This document shows, in pieces, positions 49,393-58,320 of a stretch of 64,000 bases of DNA. The first letter of the stretch is position 1. The number at the start of each line of letters is the position of its first letter. Made by a program: the position numbers and the translations under genes. The stretch spans positions 63,666 through 127,665 of the IMG/VR virus record IMGVR_UViG_3300002220_006617. The stretch is one strand, 5' to 3'. The stretch comes from a virus. Taxonomy: Duplodnaviria; Caudoviricetes. Under the pieces are notes generated by a model. The model saw only the letters and a list, made by a program, of their open reading frames with translations. It searched no databases and was not told the origin of the DNA.

Positions 49393-49724
49393 AACGACTG
49401 TTCACCATCCTGGACTATGGGCAACAGGTATGCAAAATACATTGCGACAAATGTTCCTGTGTCGGTGCAGGCAAATTCGGTTTTCCTGATGCCGGCCAAA
49501 ATATCCTGACTATCAATAACGTCCCAGTCAATTTAGGTAATTCAAAAGCAAAAGGAACCCCCTGCGTATACGGATGCGAAGCAGAAATGATCCAGAGTTA
49601 TGGATCTGCAATCATTTCAATCAACAACGTCCCTCTTGCCATCCAAGGTCAGAAAGTATACGGAAACCATGGCCAGTACCCCCTCCAGACTATAACTCAA
49701 CATATTGTGTATGTGACGAAGTGA
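49389..49724 (+). CDS. PAAR-like spike tip protein
   Basis: Two INNVP repeats, Cys/His ligands, 111 aa, baseplate context. Confidence 0.6.
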   Translation: MKRLFTILDYGQQVCKIHCDKCSCVGAGKFGFPDAGQNILTINNVPVNLGNSKAKGTPCVYGCEAEMIQSYGSAIISINNVPLAIQGQKVYGNHGQYPLQTITQHIVYVTK

Positions 49725-49761
49725 CATTCCTTTTTTAAGCAACATTTAAAGATAAACCCCC

Positions 49762-50121
49762 ATGGGTATGACGACGGTCCAATTGACCACCGAGGGAGAT
49801 CTCTACCTCAACGAGGTCAAGACATTGCAGGTAACAACGGACCGCGAGAAAGTTGCCCAGGATCTCTGGGTATTGTTACGAACGGTAAAAGGATCTTACC
49901 CCCTGTCACCAGACTTCGGCATTGATTACGTCGATATCATTGAGTCCGGATATATCCCGTCCAATATCATCAACAAAATTGCCCCGGAACTTCTCAAACA
50001 TCCAGATGTTGCCAGTGTTATCGACATCCAGACTGCACGAACCGGAGAACGCGGGATCACCGTCGCAATAAAAGTCAAACTCACCAATAACCAGATTTTA
50101 TCGATCGCAGGAAGTGTCTGA
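49762..50121 (+). CDS. Baseplate wedge gp25-like (DUF2634) protein
   Basis: AQDL...LRT.KG.Y.L.PDFGIDY. Confidence 0.8.
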   Translation: MGMTTVQLTTEGDLYLNEVKTLQVTTDREKVAQDLWVLLRTVKGSYPLSPDFGIDYVDIIESGYIPSNIINKIAPELLKHPDVASVIDIQTARTGERGITVAIKVKLTNNQILSIAGSV

Positions 50122-50123
50122 TC

Positions 50124-52475
50124 ATGACCGACGAATACGGTGTAACCAAAGATGGATTCGTAAAAATGTCTTATTCAGACATTCTTACCGTTTACCACCA
50201 GATGGCAAAGGAAAAGTTAGGGGAATCCATTGATTTATCCGAATACTCAGTCCTTGGCCAGTTACTGCAGATCATTGCATACCATAATGCAACGATGATG
50301 AACCAGCTGGAATCGGTCTATTACTCCGGTTATTTCCAGAGTGCCGAAGGCCAGAACCTGGACAAACTCCTCGAGTCCATCGGGGTCCTCCGGAAACCTG
50401 CATTAAAATCCACCGGGTATGTAACCCTTGCCGGAACCGACGGTGTGATTTTACCGGCCGGAACCAAAGTAAGCACCAACGATTACTCATTGGTCTATGA
50501 ACTGGATGAAACAACCACCATTTCGGCTGCCGGAGTAACTGCAGCAATTACTGCGGTCCTCCCGGGCGAATCTTATAATATCGGGATCGGATTAATCAAC
50601 CGGCTCCTGTTCAATAACCCCGGGATTATTGTCATCAACTCAGCCCCGATTACGGGCGGCCGTAATGTTGAAACCGATGCGGTCCTCCGTGAACGTGCCC
50701 TGAACTCCGGTTTTGACAATGTCAAAGCAACCTTAACTGCAATCAAAACAGCCCTCGAAGAACAGATCGGTATTGATTACGTCGATATCACCGAAGATAC
50801 TGACGCCAACACGTTTGATGTCATGGTATCCGGCCCGGCAGAAGATTCATTCGTCCATGAGATCATCATGGGGGTAAAACCGGTCGGAATCGGGTACACG
50901 ATCAGCCGGTTACTTGACGAAGGAATCACGATATACGGGGAACTGGTCCCTACAAACGTCGGTATCAATCTGGTTGAACTGATCAGCAATGCAACAACGT
51001 CCGTCACGACCTATATTGACACGGCCCCGAGAAATGAACCCTTGTCATGGTCAGAGATTTACCGGGGCATGATCAAATCCATCGAATCGCTCAATGATGT
51101 CGCCAGTATGGAGATCGTGAACAACGACCGGGCATTATCTGACACAGCCCCGAAAAACCCGTTACGAACCATTGGAGATACCTTCACCCCGGTCGACAAC
51201 AAAAAGTTCCATACTGTAAAGACCGTATTCTGGATCCAGGGCCGGGAATACGATGTCGATACTCATTACCTTGTCACCCAGGATGGAACTACCTATACTG
51301 AAGAACAGATCACCACGGCTGTAGATGCAGCACTGGTTGCCCATTACAAAGACGCCCAGATCGGGGTTGCATTAAGCTGGGACGACGTCAAAACCGCAAT
51401 CCTGGCAACAGAGATCAGCGATACCCCCTGCATTGCAGAAGTACTCTATCTCAAACTCACCTGCCAGAACGAAGAAGTCGCAACACCAGGATCCTCAATT
51501 CCGTTATCGGATACTTACCGGGTAAGATCCAATGTAATCGCCGGCGGCATCTCCATACCGGTTTACATCACCAGCCATATAAAAGTCGAACGGGATATCA
51601 CCACTGACCTGGAATCCCTCAGTAACACCATTGACGCCTGCATCAAAGACTTCATCTGGGGTGTCGGAGAAGGCAACGATATCACGCCAACCAACTGCAC
51701 TGCACTCCAGAGCACCATTGTCGGCTATGAAGTTGAGGGCGTAAAATCAATTCTGGAATTCTCATTAACTGACGGCACAGACACCGTAACTTCAACAACT
51801 GGAACTATCTTTGTCGATGCAACCCACACACCCTGCCAACAAATAGATGGCAACGAGATTTTGCTCGGGGTTACAAAACCTGTAGCTGTCACTGCAGTTA
51901 TTGTCAGGGACTCCGGGGTTGTCATTGAAACATTACAAACCGCAGTTACCAACCTGCTCAATTCCCACATAAACGGAGGCGGAATGGGCCAGTTACTTTC
52001 CTGGGACGAGATCAAAGACAGCATCCTGCTCAGCACCGATGTTGAAAGTATCTATTCCCTATCCCTGATAACCGATGACGGAACACTTGCTGCCCCGGGA
52101 GCAACCCAGGAAACCGATTCCGACGAGTTCACAATTCCCGGAACCTATGACCTCACCATCTGCGACTTACAACTGGCAACCATCACGACAACCGTCACAA
52201 AAACCAGCGGTATTTACAGTGACACCCAAGTCCAGGATGATGTAACTTCACGAATATCAGAATACATCCGGGCCAGAAACGATTTCACTGACAACGATAT
52301 CTACTGGAGTTCTGTAAAAGACGCTATCCTCTACGACAACCCCATGGTATCTGTAGTCTCGGCACTGTCAATCACAGTCGGAGCCCAGGTAAAAACCACT
52401 GAAGGTTCATATGTTTCTCTGACTGCATCCGATTATATTGCCATCGGGTCCATCACGGTCACAATAGGTGTCTGA
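50124..52475 (+). CDS. Baseplate J-like protein with repeated C-terminal domains
   Basis: SAEGQNLD, GGRNVETDAVLRER; repeated LSW-type units. Confidence 0.88.
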   Translation: MTDEYGVTKDGFVKMSYSDILTVYHQMAKEKLGESIDLSEYSVLGQLLQIIAYHNATMMNQLESVYYSGYFQSAEGQNLDKLLESIGVLRKPALKSTGYVTLAGTDGVILPAGTKVSTNDYSLVYELDETTTISAAGVTAAITAVLPGESYNIGIGLINRLLFNNPGIIVINSAPITGGRNVETDAVLRERALNSGFDNVKATLTAIKTALEEQIGIDYVDITEDTDANTFDVMVSGPAEDSFVHEIIMGVKPVGIGYTISRLLDEGITIYGELVPTNVGINLVELISNATTSVTTYIDTAPRNEPLSWSEIYRGMIKSIESLNDVASMEIVNNDRALSDTAPKNPLRTIGDTFTPVDNKKFHTVKTVFWIQGREYDVDTHYLVTQDGTTYTEEQITTAVDAALVAHYKDAQIGVALSWDDVKTAILATEISDTPCIAEVLYLKLTCQNEEVATPGSSIPLSDTYRVRSNVIAGGISIPVYITSHIKVERDITTDLESLSNTIDACIKDFIWGVGEGNDITPTNCTALQSTIVGYEVEGVKSILEFSLTDGTDTVTSTTGTIFVDATHTPCQQIDGNEILLGVTKPVAVTAVIVRDSGVVIETLQTAVTNLLNSHINGGGMGQLLSWDEIKDSILLSTDVESIYSLSLITDDGTLAAPGATQETDSDEFTIPGTYDLTICDLQLATITTTVTKTSGIYSDTQVQDDVTSRISEYIRARNDFTDNDIYWSSVKDAILYDNPMVSVVSALSITVGAQVKTTEGSYVSLTASDYIAIGSITVTIGV

Positions 52476-53329
52476 TGACACTCCAGTCAAGCGGATATGC
52501 TGAAACAGAAGAACTCCAGACCGAACTAGTCGGGATGTTCTCATCCGCCATCTACAAGAACCGGACCGGGACCATCCAGCGCCTGATAGCGATCCTGGCC
52601 AAAGAACATGATTATTTCAACCTCGTCGCCCAGGATATCGAACGGTCGCATACCCTTTCCGGGGCCACAGGTGTATCACTCGATTTATTCGCCCAGATCT
52701 ATGGGATCGCCCGCAACCCGTATGAAGACGACGTCCGACTCAGACAACGGGTTATCATTGAACTCTTTCGGCGTACATCAAACGGAACCATTGCCGATAT
52801 TTCACGAATCGTCGAGGCAGTCACGCTCCGGACCAACCATATCACTGATCCTGCAGCCCCGGAACAGTTCATTATCACCGAGCAACCCTATCTCGGAATA
52901 TCGTACCCAGATGCAGCATTCTCCATAGAATTCACTGATTATCCCAACAACGACCCCTACAACTTCATCCTCCTGCACAGGGTCATCGACATGGCCAAAC
53001 CTGCAGGAGTATATTTTGACCCCGTATTCACCATCCTTGCAGGATCCCCGCTCCTCTATACAAACGGTGATGCTGAAGAAACAGTCCTCATCGATTCCAA
53101 TGCAGGTATCGGCTGGGGATACCGGGGCTGGGGAGAATTCCACTGGGGCAGCGGAGACGCCGTAGTCTACCTTACAGACAGTGAACAGTTCAGCACTGCT
53201 GAATTTACCATTGATTGTAACCCTGAGGTAGGTCCCTGCAACCCGGACCTGAACGCCGGCTGGGGTACTCCGTTCTGGAACACCGGGTATTACTGTGATG
53301 AAGCATCCAGCTGCACCTACCTTTACTAA
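52475..53329 (+). CDS. Baseplate wedge protein (gpI/DUF2612-like)
   Basis: ATGVSLD..A..YGI.R...EDD..LR, KPAGV. Confidence 0.75.
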   Translation: MTLQSSGYAETEELQTELVGMFSSAIYKNRTGTIQRLIAILAKEHDYFNLVAQDIERSHTLSGATGVSLDLFAQIYGIARNPYEDDVRLRQRVIIELFRRTSNGTIADISRIVEAVTLRTNHITDPAAPEQFIITEQPYLGISYPDAAFSIEFTDYPNNDPYNFILLHRVIDMAKPAGVYFDPVFTILAGSPLLYTNGDAEETVLIDSNAGIGWGYRGWGEFHWGSGDAVVYLTDSEQFSTAEFTIDCNPEVGPCNPDLNAGWGTPFWNTGYYCDEASSCTYLY

Positions 53330-53383
53330 TTTTTCAGAAAAAGTGACTTTTATTTATAACACTCGTCAGTCCACGCTTAACGC

Positions 53384-53503
53384 ATGGGACAAAATATTCC
53401 AGTTCCCGGTATTGGTTTAAACGTCACTACCGAATTCGTGGTTTTCAGGAACCCAGCAACAAAACCCACGAAAAAAGCAAAGAAATCAAAATCACGCAAA
53501 TAA
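53384..53503 (+). CDS. 39-aa peptide with basic tail (not in ORF track)
   Basis: MGQNIPVPGIGLNVTTEFVVFRNPATKPTKKAKKSKSRK; TGACTTT exactly 40 nt upstream. Confidence 0.55.
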   Translation: MGQNIPVPGIGLNVTTEFVVFRNPATKPTKKAKKSKSRK

Positions 53504-53539
53504 TCGCCCTGATTCCAGCAACATCAGAGGTTTTCACAA

Positions 53540-53968
53540 ATGACACTTGGAAAGGTAATTACTGAAGCAGGTCTCAAGGAGATCCCAAAATTACATGGTT
53601 ACGGTCTGGGTGGAATACCCTTCCGTTACGTTGCACTTGGTATCGGAACAACAACCCCGGCACCATCAGATACACAACTGGCCTCAGAAATCGGAACATC
53701 CGGCAGCCTGAGACGGGCAGCTACCGTCTCGATCGATCCTGTAGACACCGGTGACGCAACAGAAACAACCGTCATGTTCACCGCAACCTGGTTACCCGGA
53801 GCAATCGTTCTTCCAGGAAATCCGACGATTGTAATCACCGAACTGGGACTGTTCAATGGAGAGACCGCGGGTACCATGTATTACCACGAAGTCCGTGGGG
53901 CCCTGACATTCGACGACGCAACCGGCCTGACCGTCAAAATCAAATGCAAATTCGCCCGGACTGCGTAA
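53540..53968 (+). CDS. Tail-collar fibre/baseplate protein (DUF3751-like)
   Basis: VITEAG, YVALGIG, DTQL.SE, ITELGLF. Confidence 0.75.
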   Translation: MTLGKVITEAGLKEIPKLHGYGLGGIPFRYVALGIGTTTPAPSDTQLASEIGTSGSLRRAATVSIDPVDTGDATETTVMFTATWLPGAIVLPGNPTIVITELGLFNGETAGTMYYHEVRGALTFDDATGLTVKIKCKFARTA

Positions 53969-53976
53969 GGTGAATC

Positions 53977-54891
53977 ATGTCAACATTAACCCCCAACTAC
54001 AATCTGACAAAACCCGGCATTGGTGAAACAGGCTGGGGAGAAGCCGTTAATGCCAATTTCGATACCCTCGATACGGCATTAACCAACCAGAACGCCACCA
54101 TCACCACCCATACCGGCCAAATCGCCCTGAAAGCCCCCATTGCCTCACCAACGTTCACCGGGACCCCTGCAGCGCCAACTGCAGCAGCAAGTGCGAATTC
54201 CACCCAAATCGCCACCACTGCTATGGTACAGGCTGCTATTGACGCTGCCCTTGCAGAACTCCTGGCCGGCCTGACCGCAGGCACTACGGTCCTCACGCTC
54301 CCAACGCTCAAAGTAAACACAATCGAGGAAAAAACCGTAGGAAACGGTATTGCCATTTCTCACCCGGTATCCGTAAGCACCATCTCAACAGATACAATCC
54401 GTGAAAAAACTCTGGAATCGGGTGTTTATTACAACCGTCAAAACGTGAGTGCAACATATACTGTTGCAGCAAGTGAAACGTACATAGGCGGGTCCTCCAT
54501 ATCGGGGAGTGGTACTAACACTACATACGCAGTCCAATCGCACAGCATGGTTGTGGCATTTACCGGAACCTGCAGACTCAAAATGAAACAAAAGGACAAC
54601 GATACCGGATCCGTCTATTCACGATGGCTCAAAAACGGTGTTGCAGTCGGAGCCGAACACATCTGTCAGGGAACGGAAACCAACTTTGTTGACGATATTT
54701 CCGTAGTGCCCGGGGACGTGCTCACCTTAAAAACATATCATACGGTATACTCTTATTATACCTACACCTACTCGGTTCTCTCCATAAACGGAACCATCAC
54801 ACAAGAGGTTCACACCCCCAGCGGAACCTATACAGCATCTGTCTGGCAGAGCGTCCCAGCCCACGTTGACGTTCTGTATGCCAATACCTAA
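53977..54891 (+). CDS. Tail fibre protein
   Basis: TPNYNLTKP, NANFDTLD, KAPIASPTFTGTPAAPT..NSTQIATTA. Confidence 0.8.
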   Translation: MSTLTPNYNLTKPGIGETGWGEAVNANFDTLDTALTNQNATITTHTGQIALKAPIASPTFTGTPAAPTAAASANSTQIATTAMVQAAIDAALAELLAGLTAGTTVLTLPTLKVNTIEEKTVGNGIAISHPVSVSTISTDTIREKTLESGVYYNRQNVSATYTVAASETYIGGSSISGSGTNTTYAVQSHSMVVAFTGTCRLKMKQKDNDTGSVYSRWLKNGVAVGAEHICQGTETNFVDDISVVPGDVLTLKTYHTVYSYYTYTYSVLSINGTITQEVHTPSGTYTASVWQSVPAHVDVLYANT

Positions 54892-54958
54892 TCACCCCCC
54901 GATAAAACCATTTTCTTTTTTCGTTCCTTCAAATACTCAAGGAGACCAATAATATATT

Positions 54959-55369
54959 ATGTTCAGAGAAGCCGGGCATTTCCAAAGAGAACGCGACGGT
55001 TCCTATACCATGGTCATAAACCGGTATTACAAATTCAAGATGACCAAACAAGAAATTAAAGACTGTCACGACGGTAAAACAATATTAAACTTAACAAAAA
55101 TCTGTGAATATTCCACCCTGGCCGGAACCCAGACGGTCCTGGAAGAAAAAGAAGAAAACTACATCATGTATCTCGGCAAATCCGGGAAAGCCTTTATCAT
55201 CGAATTCCTGAAAGAGAACAAGAAATTCTCACTCCCGAAAATCCGGGTTTACATCATCATGGGCGGAAAAGAGGATAAATGCGAACTGGCAGAAAGCATC
55301 TCACTCGAGCAACCCTCTGAAAAATACATCACTCCAGAAGAATTAGAAAAAATGGTTCTTGACATCTGA
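54959..55369 (+). CDS. Hypothetical protein
   Basis: GGAG upstream; open frame. Confidence 0.6.
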   Translation: MFREAGHFQRERDGSYTMVINRYYKFKMTKQEIKDCHDGKTILNLTKICEYSTLAGTQTVLEEKEENYIMYLGKSGKAFIIEFLKENKKFSLPKIRVYIIMGGKEDKCELAESISLEQPSEKYITPEELEKMVLDI

Positions 55370-55382
55370 TCCCTTTTCGTGC

Positions 55383-55432
55383 CCCTTGCGGGTAACCCCC
55401 TGCCTTGATAGGCAAAGGGATACTCCGCAGGG
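55383..55432. terminator. Long hairpin between convergent genes
   Basis: CCCTTGCGG GTAACCC..TGCCT-TGAT-AGGCA..GGGATAC.CCGCAGGG. Confidence 0.55.
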
Positions 55433-55444
55433 TCACCCGGATTA

Positions 55445-56248
55445 TCAAATGTAGTGGTCTTTAGGTTTCAACTCATCCGGGAGTGTGAACATCTGGTGAG
55501 ACCATGACATTTCACCGTTATCAACCTCTACCAGTACTGCGCCGTGTTCCGGAACCCAGTTCAATGACTGTGACCCGGCGTAATCATCACGACACTTAAA
55601 ACAGGGGAGAGTCATCCCGACCATATCCTCCATGCCGACATACACATGGTAATGAACATGTGACCGGAAGACCCCGTTAACCTTCCCGAAATATTTCTCG
55701 TTCAGCAGGGCAGCCTGCAGTTCACGGCTGATAGCAGTAACCCGGCCTTTCTTATCCGCACCACAAACCCCGATCTTATGGCAACAGTGGATACGAACGC
55801 CGTCAATGTTCAGGATCTCCTCAACACCGGCATACTTGACCCTGAACCCGTTCTCACGGAGTTTACTGGCAACACCGGCATCATTTGAAGGATTAACGCC
55901 GGTATGGTACGGGGTACCGTTAATAATGGTAAATTCTTTGGTATCGATCATACCCAGGAGTTCAGCACAGGTATTGATCTGGGTTGCACGAACCGGGCTC
56001 CAACAACCTTCCCCCTGGCCCTTGACGTTGATACCTTCACAAAGGTCGCCGTTACCAACAACAGAATCCACCGGGCCGACAAGGTCCATAAGAGTTTCCC
56101 AGTCATTATAAAACTCCTGTTGGACTTTGTTGCACTGCAGGACCTGTTCGGTCATTTCCGCACCTTCGAACAACTTCATTTCAGGAGTGGAGAGAGCATC
56201 TTTCGATCCGACATGCAGATCACCTACAAACAGAACACGTTTTGTCAT
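55445..56248 (-). CDS. Calcineurin-like metallophosphoesterase
   Basis: GDLH, NGD, GTPYH, CCH, SHVH. It is on the minus strand (CAT at 56246-56248); the ORF track strand label is wrong. Confidence 0.85.
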   Translation of the reverse strand: MTKRVLFVGDLHVGSKDALSTPEMKLFEGAEMTEQVLQCNKVQQEFYNDWETLMDLVGPVDSVVGNGDLCEGINVKGQGEGCWSPVRATQINTCAELLGMIDTKEFTIINGTPYHTGVNPSNDAGVASKLRENGFRVKYAGVEEILNIDGVRIHCCHKIGVCGADKKGRVTAISRELQAALLNEKYFGKVNGVFRSHVHYHVYVGMEDMVGMTLPCFKCRDDYAGSQSLNWVPEHGAVLVEVDNGEMSWSHQMFTLPDELKPKDHYI

Positions 56249-56389
56249 CTGTGATTATCCTATCCGGGTTAATCAGCCCGAATATTATGCAGTCTGATTA
56301 TCTAGAGAAGTATATTTAAACAAACGTCACGCAGGGATGACTCAACTGACATTCGTTTATAACGAGGCGATCTATAAATTACTGACCGT

Positions 56390-56857
56390 ATGACAGATGA
56401 CTACGATGTCAAGATCCTTGACGTATTCCGGGGCAGACCGGATCATCGGGTCCCCTTGAGCGTCCCGATCAACCGTATTGACCTTTCAAGAAACCCGAAC
56501 ATCCTGTACGAACTCGAGACCGCCATGAACCGCAACAGCACCGTGCTGATCGGCGTGTTCTTCGACGGCATCGAATACAAGTACATCACAAACGACCCCG
56601 GTAAAAACCCGAACGGTGGTTTCAACTGGCTCTACTTTACGGAGGTTCCCCCCTACAACAAGTACCGCACAGCCGGCAAACACACTATCGAGATCAAGAC
56701 CGGAACCTGGTCCATGATCGGCTATTGTGGCAGCTGGGTCCGGAAACGTCTCTACACCAAATCCACCGGTTCCATCACGTTCACCATCGAGGGTCAGCTC
56801 GAGGCCAGGAAGAAGAAGACATTCTTCGAAAGGATCGCTGACGCCCTCGGCTGGTAA
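56390..56857 (+). CDS. Hypothetical Ig-like/beta protein
   Basis: TGACATT promoter; AGKHTIEI motif. Confidence 0.6.
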   Translation: MTDDYDVKILDVFRGRPDHRVPLSVPINRIDLSRNPNILYELETAMNRNSTVLIGVFFDGIEYKYITNDPGKNPNGGFNWLYFTEVPPYNKYRTAGKHTIEIKTGTWSMIGYCGSWVRKRLYTKSTGSITFTIEGQLEARKKKTFFERIADALGW

Positions 56858-56859
56858 CG

Positions 56860-57591
56860 ATGATATCAACCCTTTCCCTTTTTGTCCTGGCTCAAATCAG
56901 TGCATTCCTTGTCATATTCATTGCATACGGCACAACCGCCAGCGTCCGGTTATACCGTGCAATCACGCGAGACGATGATGACCTCATAGCCTGGCAAAAC
57001 GGGTCGCAGGATCCAAAACCGTTATCATTCTTTGAAGAGAACCAGCCCTGGTACGTCCCGTCACCTTACGAGATCCACAGTATCTGGTATGGCCTGTTAT
57101 TTGGTATCGGGATGTTCGATTCATCCAAACTGGTAGCCGATGAAATTGACCACTGGAAAACCAAAACCCATTACTTCTGGTCCGGCATCATCATCATTTC
57201 AATCATTGAAGCCGTCATAACTTACCGGTTAACCTCGTTGTTTACCAGTGAACCGATGGCAGAGTTTATGGCGTTCTTCATATTCCTGTTCGGCCCGCAG
57301 TTTATCAATCTCATCAGAGGGACCACAAAAATTCCCACAACCATCAACGTCGATACCGGCATCCCGGTAGCATTCTTCTACGGGTTTACCAAAGCCTGGA
57401 ACATGTTACTGAAAAAAGTTAATATTGAGATGGAACCTTCCGAAGAAGACCGGGCTATCATCAAGAGACTTCAGTTTGCCTACGGAATCGGTCAGCTGGC
57501 AGGACTCCTGTCAATCGGGGGATCAGCCGTTGCAATTTACCGGTATGTTCCCATGGAATACATCTCAGCAATCATCCCCTTAATCATCTGA
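56860..57591 (+). CDS. Multi-pass membrane protein (lysis/holin-like candidate)
   Basis: Several hydrophobic segments; late-promoter operon. Confidence 0.55.
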   Translation: MISTLSLFVLAQISAFLVIFIAYGTTASVRLYRAITRDDDDLIAWQNGSQDPKPLSFFEENQPWYVPSPYEIHSIWYGLLFGIGMFDSSKLVADEIDHWKTKTHYFWSGIIIISIIEAVITYRLTSLFTSEPMAEFMAFFIFLFGPQFINLIRGTTKIPTTINVDTGIPVAFFYGFTKAWNMLLKKVNIEMEPSEEDRAIIKRLQFAYGIGQLAGLLSIGGSAVAIYRYVPMEYISAIIPLII

Positions 57592-57643
57592 TTTTTTCTT
57601 ATCTAACGAAATTTTAAATGCACTTAGCCCGAAGGTTAACGAC

Positions 57644-58048
57644 ATGGTAAAATGGACCAGCAACCAGAAATCCCAACTCGTTCGGTTCCAAACTGAATCG
57701 CCGTCAGAAGAAATTCTCAAAACCATTCCAGAGAACGAACGATTTTACAAATGTTCCACTTGCCACCAGGTCTTCCCCAGCAACGATCAGGTTATCAAAG
57801 GCGTCTGCCCCGACTGCAGTTCAGAGACACTCTTTATCATGTGTCCCGTCGACCATTGTGATTGCAATCATACTATCGTTGAAGGAATCGATACCTGCCC
57901 GATATGTGGTGCATACGTGTGCCCGGAATGCGGTTCACACGATGTAATCCCCAATTCAAGAGTAACCGGATATCTCTCCCCGGTCAATAACTGGAACGCT
58001 TCAAAGCAACAGGAGCTCCGGGACCGGAAACGAGTCAATATCGTTTGA
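57644..58048 (+). CDS. Stand-alone NrdD glycyl-radical/zinc-ribbon domain
   Basis: Multiple CxxC motifs and SRVTGYLSPVNNWNASKQQELRDR. Confidence 0.85.
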   Translation: MVKWTSNQKSQLVRFQTESPSEEILKTIPENERFYKCSTCHQVFPSNDQVIKGVCPDCSSETLFIMCPVDHCDCNHTIVEGIDTCPICGAYVCPECGSHDVIPNSRVTGYLSPVNNWNASKQQELRDRKRVNIV

Positions 58049-58075
58049 GACTATCCATCCCCCGAGGAATCACAG

Positions 58076-58318
58076 ATGACAAAAAATGTAGTAGTTTATA
58101 CTCTCGAATTCTGCCCGAAATGTGAACAAGTCAAAGAAACATTCGCCAGGGAAGGCGTCAAGTTCTTGACAAAGGATCTTGAAGATCCCCGCGTCATGGC
58201 TGATCTCCTGTTTGAAGACATTGTAGTCCGGGAAGCCCCGGTCGTCCAGATCGATGGGAACTTCTTCACCAGTGAAAAGATCATTGATATCCAGAAACTG
58301 GCAATGCTGGCCCTGTAA
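58076..58318 (+). CDS. nrdH: NrdH/glutaredoxin-like redoxin
   Basis: YTLEFCPKC, APVVQIDG. Confidence 0.8.
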   Translation: MTKNVVVYTLEFCPKCEQVKETFAREGVKFLTKDLEDPRVMADLLFEDIVVREAPVVQIDGNFFTSEKIIDIQKLAMLAL

Positions 58319-58320
58319 CC

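Noticed and set aside
53977-54891. Diversity-generating retroelement target in the tail fibre
   Set aside because: No reverse transcriptase or template/variable repeat pair seen in the window
55445-56248. ORF-track label of + strand for the 267-aa ORF
   Set aside because: The protein is the reverse-complement translation (CAT at 56246-56248), so it is annotated on the - strand
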